Assembly: GCA_050253415.1 (NCBI GenBank)
Contig: JBFWJC010000001.1
Span: forward strand, 512,001-576,000
DNA from: Pedobacter sp.
Lineage (GTDB): Bacteria > Desulfobacterota > Desulfuromonadia > Desulfuromonadales > Syntrophotaleaceae
Reading direction: 5' to 3'
DNA: 64,000 bases
Position 1 is the stretch's first letter. Every line of letters starts with the position of its first letter. The notes below the pieces were generated by a model. That model searched no databases and was not told where the DNA came from. It saw only the letters and a list, made by a program, of their open reading frames with translations. Made by a program: the position numbers and the translations under genes. Below, piece after piece: positions 56,981-64,000 of the stretch.

Positions 56981-58423
56981 TCAGCACAGCCTCAGCTGGC
57001 CGTCCTCCTCGACATCGAATTCTGCTTCTTCCCTGACCGGAACCGGGGCCGGTTTGGCCGGCACGACCTGCACAGGGGGAAGTTCCTGTTCTGTTTCGAT
57101 GATCTCGGGCTGCCGGGTTGCGTCGTCGATCTGCAAGCCTTGTTCTACGGCCCGTTTGGCGAGCTTGTCGCAGCGTTCGTTAAAGGGATGCCCGGCGTGG
57201 CCTCGCACCCATTCCCAGCTCACCTGATGCTGGCTGGCTAGAGCCGCGAGTTGCCGCCAGAGATCCTGGTTCGCGAGAGCATCCGGAGTGTCGAGCCGCC
57301 CGTTGCGGATCCAGCCCTGCAACCATTCGCTCATTCCCCGAACCAGATACTGGGAATCGCTGAAAACCCGTACCGTCTGTGGCTTGTGCAGGGCCTCCAG
57401 ACCCCGGATGGCCGCCAGCAGTTCCATGCGCTGCGAGGTGGCCACGGGCTCGAAACCGCTCAGTTCCTTTTCGTGCTCCCCGTAGCGCAGGATTACGCCA
57501 TAGCCTCCCGGCCCCGAGTCTCTGCCGGAGCCGTCGCTGTAGATCTCGACCACGCCCGGCGGTGGCGGGGTGAAAGCGATCTCCAGGGCTTCGAATTCCA
57601 GTTCGCGCAACAGGGGTATCAGATCCGCAAGGTTCGGACTCTGTCGCTGCAGATCGGCCAGGCAAATCTCCAGGACCACGTCATCCCTTAAGGTGGCCAG
57701 GGTTTTCGACAGCCGGGCCTGCTCTGCATGGGCTTCCAGATTGCTGCGGCGCTTCTTTCCGTTCACCAGGCTGGTCCATTTGAGGACGCCTTCCAGTGAA
57801 CCGAAGCGCTGTATCAGCTCGGAGGCGGTTTTCTCGCCGATCCCGGGAACGCCGGGGATATTGTCCGAGGTGTCGCCGGCCAGCCCAAGCACATCAGCCA
57901 CCAGTTCCGGGGCGACGCCGAAGCGCTCGAAGACCTGTTGCGGTCCGGAGCGCGTGTCCTTCATGGTGTCGAGCAGGCAGATCTCGTTGCTGACAATCTG
58001 CATCAGATCCTTGTCGCCGGTGACCACCGTGACCTGCAGGCCTTCGGCGGCATAGCGGCGCGCCAGGGTGGCAATGACATCGTCCGCCTCGTACCCGGGC
58101 GCTTCCAATGCCGGAATATTGAGGGCCTGCAGGATCTGCCTGATATAGGGTATCTGAGGTGCCAGATCCTCGGGCATGGCGTCCCGATGCGCCTTGTATT
58201 CGGGATAGATGTCCCGGCGGAAGGTCTCTTCCCTTGGACGGTCGAAGACCACGGCCAGATAATCGGGGTTGTGCTCCTGCATAAGTCCCAGCAACATCCT
58301 GGTGAAACCATATACGGCGTTGGTCGGCATGCCGCCGGTGGTGGCGACGTCGCGGATGCCGTAGTAGGCGCGGTAGATGTAACTGGAGCCGTCGAGTAAA
58401 AACAGCTGTGGGGATAACTTCAC
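56981..58423 (-). CDS. rnhA: 5'-3' exonuclease (PolI N-terminal/FEN-like) fused to ribonuclease HI
   Basis: Exonuclease: LDGSSYIYRAY, EADD, TGDKD, GDTSDNIPGVPGIG. RNase H: YSDGS, RMEL, SDSQY, WVRGHAG...NERCD. Confidence 0.88.
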   Translation of the reverse strand: MKLSPQLFLLDGSSYIYRAYYGIRDVATTGGMPTNAVYGFTRMLLGLMQEHNPDYLAVVFDRPREETFRRDIYPEYKAHRDAMPEDLAPQIPYIRQILQALNIPALEAPGYEADDVIATLARRYAAEGLQVTVVTGDKDLMQIVSNEICLLDTMKDTRSGPQQVFERFGVAPELVADVLGLAGDTSDNIPGVPGIGEKTASELIQRFGSLEGVLKWTSLVNGKKRRSNLEAHAEQARLSKTLATLRDDVVLEICLADLQRQSPNLADLIPLLRELEFEALEIAFTPPPPGVVEIYSDGSGRDSGPGGYGVILRYGEHEKELSGFEPVATSQRMELLAAIRGLEALHKPQTVRVFSDSQYLVRGMSEWLQGWIRNGRLDTPDALANQDLWRQLAALASQHQVSWEWVRGHAGHPFNERCDKLAKRAVEQGLQIDDATRQPEIIETEQELPPVQVVPAKPAPVPVREEAEFDVEEDGQLRLC

Positions 58424-58597
58424 ATTCTCTCCCGGTGTGTGCCTTGGTGTCTGGGTTGCTACGGTTTTCAGATCGCGGTCAGAATCGCACATCCTGGAAA
58501 CTGTGCAAAATATTTTCTATTTATGCGCATCCTGCTGGGTGATGAGAGATCAAAGTGGAGACGGTGGATAGCTGATATCCTTAAAACCTCTAAACAG

Positions 58598-58679
58598 ACA
58601 GGGATAGACAGGATATTCAGGATGAAATCGTAAAGTCCAATCTTTTGGTTTTAATCCTGTGCATCCTGTATATCCCTGT
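58598..58679. repeat. REP/MITE-like inverted repeat built from periodic GGAT/ATCC units
   Basis: acagggat-agac-aggat-attc-aggat ... atcctg-tgc-atcctg-tat-atccctgt. Confidence 0.65.
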
Positions 58680-58690
58680 TATCCCCTGAC

Positions 58691-60073
58691 TTAACTGAAT
58701 TTGCGGATTTTGAAAAACCGCCCCTTGATTTTATTCGCCCTCAAGCGAGCAAGGGCAAGATTTGCGCTGGTCTGGCGAATGGCGACGTAGGTGTGGAAAT
58801 CGAAGACATTGATTTTCCCGACCTCGCCGGCGGGGATGCCCGCATCGCCGGTCAGGGCGCCGAGGATATCGCCGGGGCGCATCTTGTTCTTACGACCGCC
58901 GTCGATGCAGAGGGTCACCATCGGCGCTTGGAGGGTGACCGTCGACGGCATGGCCAGCGTATCCAACTCGACACGGGGGACGGTGTCGCCGAGATAATCT
59001 TCAATGGCCGCCGCCCGTCGATTGTCCGCCGGGGTCACCAGACTCAGCGCCAGTCCCTGCTCCCCGGCCCGGCCGGTGCGGCCGATACGGTGGACATGCA
59101 CCTCCGGATCGCGGGTCAACTCGTAGTTGATAACGGCGGTCAGCTCCTTGATGTCGATGCCGCGCGCCGCGACGTCGGTGGCAACCAGGATGGACACGCT
59201 TTTGTTGGCAAACCGCGCCAGCACCTGGTCGCGTTCGCGCTGTTCCAGGTCGCCATGAATCGCCAGGGCGGAGAAGCCGCGCTCCGCCAGGGCATCGGCC
59301 ACTTCCTGGCAATCCTTTTTGGTGTTGCAAAATATCAGGGTCGATTCCGGATGATAATGGCCGAGTATCCGGGCCACTGCGGCAATCCGCTCGCGGTTTT
59401 CCACCAAAAAGAAGAGCTGCTGGATCTGCCCGCCATCATGAACCGATTCCACCTTAACCGTAACGGGTTGGCGCTGTACCGTTGCACTCATGGCGGCGAT
59501 CGATTCGGGGTAGGTGGCCGAGAACAGCAGTGTCTGGCGGCGGTTCGGAGTGGCCTCGACGATGGCGGCGAGATCTTCCTGGAAGCCCATGTCGAGCATG
59601 CGATCGGCTTCATCGAGGACCAGCATGCGCAAGGATCTGAGGTTAAGGCTGCCGCGCCGCAGGTGGTCAAGAATCCGGCCGGGGGTGCCGACCACGATAT
59701 GAGCGCCGTGCTCCAGGGAACCGAGCTGCGGCCCGAAGGGGACGCCGCCGCACAGGGTCAGGATCTTGATGTTGTCGGTAAAGCGGGCGAGACGTCGCAA
59801 TTCCTTGCCGACCTGGTCGGCGAGTTCGCGGGTTGGACATAAGACCAGCCCCTGTACCCTGAAGCTGGTCACATCCAGCCGCGACAGAAGGCCGATGCCA
59901 AACGCGGCGGTCTTGCCGCTGCCGGTCTTCGCCTGGGCAATCACGTCGGACCCCGCCAGAATCGGCGGCAGACTGTGGGCCTGTATCGGGGTCATCTCGC
60001 TGTAGCCGAGGGAGTCCAGGTTTTGCAGCATCGATTTGTTCAAGGGGAGGGTGGAAAACGCGGTCGGTATCAT
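58691..60073 (-). CDS. dbpA: ATP-dependent RNA helicase DbpA
   Basis: Q motif, GSGKT, PTRELA, DEAD, SAT, HRIGRTGR; C-terminal DbpA RNA-binding domain (RPGDILGALT). Confidence 0.95.
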   Translation of the reverse strand: MIPTAFSTLPLNKSMLQNLDSLGYSEMTPIQAHSLPPILAGSDVIAQAKTGSGKTAAFGIGLLSRLDVTSFRVQGLVLCPTRELADQVGKELRRLARFTDNIKILTLCGGVPFGPQLGSLEHGAHIVVGTPGRILDHLRRGSLNLRSLRMLVLDEADRMLDMGFQEDLAAIVEATPNRRQTLLFSATYPESIAAMSATVQRQPVTVKVESVHDGGQIQQLFFLVENRERIAAVARILGHYHPESTLIFCNTKKDCQEVADALAERGFSALAIHGDLEQRERDQVLARFANKSVSILVATDVAARGIDIKELTAVINYELTRDPEVHVHRIGRTGRAGEQGLALSLVTPADNRRAAAIEDYLGDTVPRVELDTLAMPSTVTLQAPMVTLCIDGGRKNKMRPGDILGALTGDAGIPAGEVGKINVFDFHTYVAIRQTSANLALARLRANKIKGRFFKIRKFS

Positions 60074-60200
60074 GGGCTGCTCTCTTGTTGAGGATTAATA
60101 ACTTGAGGAGCCCTGCAGGGAAGGTCTCAACTCTTTACTCTGTTTTACTTCTTTTCGGCGTTTTGAACAAGGCACAGAGGCGGTTACCCGGCTGCGCAGT

Positions 60201-60548
60201 TCACCTTTTGCAAAGGTCTGTAATCAGGTTTTCCTCGCTGTGTCGACCGAGAACCTGCAGAGCCTCAATGGCGCTGTCGGCGTATTCCTTGGCGTCGCCC
60301 GTCAGGTAGGCGAAAACAAAAGAAGCGAGTTCGGCTTGCGCTGTGGCGCGCCGTTCTTCAGCCGTTCGTTTTTTGCCTGCCTGCAGCCAAAGGGTTTCGG
60401 CGCGCTCCCGATGGATGTTTATGGCTTTGCCGATCAGGGCCAGACGCTCGTCCGGAGCGTCCTTGTCGGTGACCTTGAAGGCCTCCACGATATTTTCGGG
60501 GAACTCATCCTGGATGAGCTCCGCAAGACGTATAAGTTTATTTTTCAC
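60201..60548 (-). CDS. Hypothetical helical protein
   Basis: GAGG RBS, GTG start, co-oriented with neighbours. Confidence 0.65.
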   Translation of the reverse strand: MKNKLIRLAELIQDEFPENIVEAFKVTDKDAPDERLALIGKAINIHRERAETLWLQAGKKRTAEERRATAQAELASFVFAYLTGDAKEYADSAIEALQVLGRHSEENLITDLCKR

Positions 60549-60569
60549 CAGAACCTCGGATTGATGTTT

Positions 60570-60809
60570 TCAGGGACAGGACACTAAATTGGCCGTTTGC
60601 GATGCGAGATCGAAAACGACTTTGACTTTTTTGCTTCTCAGTTGCCGAAGAACCTGCGCGACCTTGTCCTCAAGGGCGCAACCGACCTCTGCCCAATCCG
60701 CCCCGTCACGCGTGACAAATTCTTCGATCATCCGTCGCAGCGTATCGGGGTTGAGTTGATCGTAGGGGATATCCAGTCCTTCTTCGCGGTGCTCGGTATG
60801 GTTTGTCAT
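60570..60809 (-). CDS. YheU family protein
   Basis: IPYDQL.PDTL..MIEEFVTRDG.D. Confidence 0.88.
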   Translation of the reverse strand: MTNHTEHREEGLDIPYDQLNPDTLRRMIEEFVTRDGADWAEVGCALEDKVAQVLRQLRSKKVKVVFDLASQTANLVSCP

Positions 60810-61188
60810 AGGTTGAACCTTTGTTTGGTCACTCGGCAATATAGAGTCCGATTATGGTATGTCTGTTTCGTTTTTAAAATTAAGCAGCGCCGGTGCCTGC
60901 AACAGCTGCGTGGCGAACTGTGCGAATCGACAGGGTTGGCCAATGAATCCGCACGCAGACGCGCCGACTGTCTATCGCAGCTATGGTGAGTCAACTCAAG
61001 CTCTTTCGCGACAGACATAGCGGCGAAGCCAGACGTTACGTCCTTTCTTTGCTTACTTTCTATAGACGGGTAAAGAAAGTAAGCCGGCTGCCGGCCGGGA
61101 CCGGCGGTGTTGAAGTTAAAGATTCAAGATTTCAAACTATCAACATTAAGCCCGCGGGGACGCGTCCCCACCTAGCGACGCTTACGGC

Positions 61189-61902
61189 TTACAACTGAAC
61201 CAACCTACCGTTATCCACCCGATAAACCTTGTCCGCCAGGCGTTTGACCTGGTCGAGATAGTGGGATACCAGCACCAGGGTGCAGTCCTGTTTGAGGGCG
61301 AGCAGCAAATCTTCGATACCGGCGCTGGCTGCTACATCAAGGGCCGAGGTCGGTTCATCCAGCAGCAGAACTTCCGGTTCCAGAACCAGGCTTCGGGCGA
61401 TGCAGAGCCGCTGTTGCTGGCCTCCGGACAGCTGGCGGGCGTCTTTTTTCAGCAGATCCTTCACCTCATCCCACAGCAGGGTGCGCCGCAGGGCGCTTTC
61501 GACCCGCGTGGCGACCTGTTGGCGGTCCCGACAGCCGGAGAGCTTGAGGGGAAAGGCGACGTTGCGATAAATGCTCATGGGCAGAGGGTTGGGCGTCTGG
61601 AACACCATGCCGACTTTACGGCGCAGGTGTTGTGCCGGCAGCCGCTTGTCACACAGATCGTGCAGTTGCCCGCCCAGACGAATGTGCGCCTTGCCTTGAA
61701 GATGCACGCCGGCTATTTCGGTCCACATGCGATTCAATACCGATAAAAAGCTCGATTTTCCGCTGCCGGACGGTCCGGTGATAGCGGTAATGCGGCGTTC
61801 CTCCAGTTCGACGGAAATATCCTGCAGAACCGGCGTCTTGCCGTAATAAAAGGTCAACCCGTCGGTGCGGATTTTGGTGGTCGGTTGCATGGGTGCTCTC
61901 AT
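61189..61902 (-). CDS. pstB: Phosphate-type ABC transporter ATP-binding protein
   Basis: GPSGSGKS, VGMVFQTPNP.PMSIY, LSGGQQQRLCIAR and DEPTSALD. Confidence 0.85.
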   Translation of the reverse strand: MRAPMQPTTKIRTDGLTFYYGKTPVLQDISVELEERRITAITGPSGSGKSSFLSVLNRMWTEIAGVHLQGKAHIRLGGQLHDLCDKRLPAQHLRRKVGMVFQTPNPLPMSIYRNVAFPLKLSGCRDRQQVATRVESALRRTLLWDEVKDLLKKDARQLSGGQQQRLCIARSLVLEPEVLLLDEPTSALDVAASAGIEDLLLALKQDCTLVLVSHYLDQVKRLADKVYRVDNGRLVQL

Positions 61903-62777
61903 CGGTATAAAAGCCAGCTCTTCAGGCGGCGCTGGGCCACAAACGCCAGGACGAAAAGCAGCGAGCAGATCATCATCAGCAAGATGGCGGCGGCATAGCC
62001 CTTTTGCAGCTCCTCCGGTCCGGTGTATTGGGAGGACATATAGTAGACGTAAAACGGCAGTGCTTCATACTGCCTCAGCATCGAATCCGGTACCCCGGCC
62101 GATGCCACCACGCCTGTCAGCATGATCACGGCGGTATCTTCGGCACAGCGCCCCACTGCCAGGATGATGCCGCCGGTCAGGTCGGCAAGGCGATTGGGCA
62201 GCAGCACCAGAAAGATATTCTGCAGTTTCGATGCCCCGAGGGTCAAGGCTGTATGCCGCAATAGAGGGTCGACCCCCTCCAGAGCGGTCTGGGTGGAACG
62301 CACCAGGTAGGGCAATACCAGGAACGCCAGCGCCAGGGCCGACAGCAACAGGCAGGGTCCGAGCCGGCCATCAAAGCTGCGATGCAGCACGATGGCCAGG
62401 GCAAATCCCGACAGGCCGATGACGATGGAGGGGATGCCGGCCAACAGGTCGAACACCAGGCTCAGCAGTCCTTTGCTCCAGTCTCCGGCGTATTCCGCCA
62501 TGTAGATACCGGCCGCCACGCCGACCGGCACCGCCAGGGACACGGCCAGCAGCACCAGTGCCACGGTGCCGAACAGGGCTGGAAACAGCCCATCGAACAC
62601 CTGCCGGCGCAGCATCAGTGCATCCATCGCCCGGGTGCCTCCGAACAGCAGCTCTGTGTTGAAGGCTGGCAGCCCGCCGCGCAGCAGAAACCACACCAGG
62701 GTCGCTACGGCAACTGTCAAAGCGAGTGCGCAACACCAGGAAAATCCCGGCAACAATCTTGCCAGCAGGCGCCCCAT
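61899..62777 (-). CDS. pstA: PstA-like ABC permease
   Basis: LAGIPSIVIGL and EAA-loop equivalent ALTLGASK. Confidence 0.8.
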   Translation of the reverse strand: MGRLLARLLPGFSWCCALALTVAVATLVWFLLRGGLPAFNTELLFGGTRAMDALMLRRQVFDGLFPALFGTVALVLLAVSLAVPVGVAAGIYMAEYAGDWSKGLLSLVFDLLAGIPSIVIGLSGFALAIVLHRSFDGRLGPCLLLSALALAFLVLPYLVRSTQTALEGVDPLLRHTALTLGASKLQNIFLVLLPNRLADLTGGIILAVGRCAEDTAVIMLTGVVASAGVPDSMLRQYEALPFYVYYMSSQYTGPEELQKGYAAAILLMMICSLLFVLAFVAQRRLKSWLLYR

Positions 62778-63634
62778 TATAGCCTCCGTGGCGACAGGCG
62801 CCCGACCAGTCGCAGGGCCACGATCAACAGCGCCGTGAACAGGTAAAGGAAGATGCCGCAGGCGAAGATCGACTGAAACTCCATGCTGGCGAAATCCGCC
62901 GCCATCACCAGTGCGATATGCGCGGTGAGGGTGCGAGCCGCTTGGGTCAGGGCGGTCGGTACCGCGACGGCATTGCCGGCCAGCATCAGGCTGATGAGGG
63001 TGTCACCCATAGCTCGCCCCAGTCCTAGCAGCAGGCCGTTGAGGATGCCGGGCCAGGCCATCGGCAGCACCACATACAGGAGTTGCTGCGCCGGGCTGCC
63101 ACCCAGGGCATCGACCGCCTGTCGATAGGACAGGGGCACCCTTTGCAGACTGTCGACAAAGAAGATGATCATGGTCGGGGCGATGAGTATGGCCAGCACC
63201 ACCGAGGCTGTGAGGATATTCAGACCGCTGCCGCCGGTCAGGTATTCGCGCATGAACGGCACCAGCAGGAACAATGCGACGAAACCGTAGACTACCGTCG
63301 GGATGCTGGTCATGAAGCGCACCAGATTGAGGAGCTTGCGCCGCAGAGCGAGGGGGCCGAAATGAGTAATGAAAAAAGCGCAGCCGAGACTGAACGGAAA
63401 ACTGATAAGCACGCTGAGAAAGGCGATGGATAAACTGCCGACGATCATCGGATAGATGCCGTACTGTCCATGCCCGGGGTTCCAGGGGGAGCAAAGCAGG
63501 GTTCCCAGCCCACCGTGTTGAAACAACGGTCTGGCCAGTCGGCACAACAGCAGAAAAACGGCGGCAGTCAACAGCGCGCTGCCGACTGCCGCCAGAAAAA
63601 ACAGGCGCTCAAGGGTGCGGGCCAGCATCGGCAT
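62777..63634 (-). CDS. pstC: PstC-like ABC permease
   Basis: W.P...YGI.PMIVGS, IPTVVYG and LGRAMGDT. Confidence 0.8.
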   Translation of the reverse strand: MPMLARTLERLFFLAAVGSALLTAAVFLLLCRLARPLFQHGGLGTLLCSPWNPGHGQYGIYPMIVGSLSIAFLSVLISFPFSLGCAFFITHFGPLALRRKLLNLVRFMTSIPTVVYGFVALFLLVPFMREYLTGGSGLNILTASVVLAILIAPTMIIFFVDSLQRVPLSYRQAVDALGGSPAQQLLYVVLPMAWPGILNGLLLGLGRAMGDTLISLMLAGNAVAVPTALTQAARTLTAHIALVMAADFASMEFQSIFACGIFLYLFTALLIVALRLVGRLSPRRL

Positions 63635-64000
63635 CAGCGAACCGGAATAAACCCTTTGGCTGCCGCAATCTGCTGACCACTGGGCGAAAACAGGAAGTCG
63701 ATAAAGGCTTTCACCACACCCTGGGGCTGGCCGCAAGTAATGCTGTAAAGCCCACGGGCTACAGGGTAGCTGCCGTCTTTGACGGTTTCATTGTTCGGCA
63801 TCACGCCATCGAGAGTCACCGGTTGTACCGAGGCATCGATATGGCCGACGGATACGTAACCGATGGCATAGGGATCGTTGGCCACAGCGGTCTTCATGGC
63901 CCCGTTGGAGACCACGACGTTGGCGCTGGCGGTGATATCGCCTTTGTTGAGAGCCTTTTTCCAGAAAACCTCGCGGGTGCCGCTGGCCTCGTCGCGGGTA
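63634..64000 (-). CDS. pstS: PstS-like substrate-binding protein, C-terminal part (truncated by window end)
   Basis: RDEASGTRE, AIGYVS, GSYPVARGL and FLFSPSGQ. Confidence 0.8.
   Translation of the reverse strand, partial: TRDEASGTREVFWKKALNKGDITASANVVVSNGAMKTAVANDPYAIGYVSVGHIDASVQPVTLDGVMPNNETVKDGSYPVARGLYSITCGQPQGVVKAFIDFLFSPSGQQIAAAKGFIPVR

Noticed and set aside
1..64000. CRISPR array, tRNA or rRNA genes
   Set aside because: No regularly spaced repeats, cloverleaf or rRNA-like sequence were recognised by eye; a tRNAscan/Infernal run would be decisive.

Overview
Bacterial chromosomal window. Gene content (PocR-PAS kinase, Geobacter-type radical SAM/SPASM protein, DUF3124, 5'-3' exonuclease-RNase HI fusion) suggests an anaerobic Desulfuromonadales-like organism; this is inference. 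Most of it is a patchwork of accessory single genes and small operons, with more core-like genes (ppiC, rnhA fusion, dbpA, pstSCAB-like) at the right end. The dominant accessory element is a ~15 kb minus-strand two-partner secretion / CDI-like polymorphic toxin locus (33840-48725). It consists of tpsB, a 2223-aa tpsA/cdiA whose C-terminus looks like an alpha/beta-hydrolase (HSGG), and an array of seven lipobox-bearing candidate immunity lipoproteins. The array is interleaved with an orphan hydrolase-type toxin tip, a duplicated toxin-tip/immunity unit, a duplicated pre-toxin segment ending at a DHRxxSEEGR boundary, and transposase-like debris. Other notable items: an ATP-grasp x2/GNAT/BKACE operon; a SELENBP1-type gene pair; an MtrA-like/DUF4346 fusion; a candidate rod-shaped ncRNA with an anti-SD bulge; a PAS-LytTR regulon with a recognisable LytTR box whose M24-like target has an in-frame amber codon; and an arsC::epimerase chimeric pseudogene. 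No rRNA, tRNA or CRISPR array was recognised. All calls are by eye from motifs; no database searches were run.
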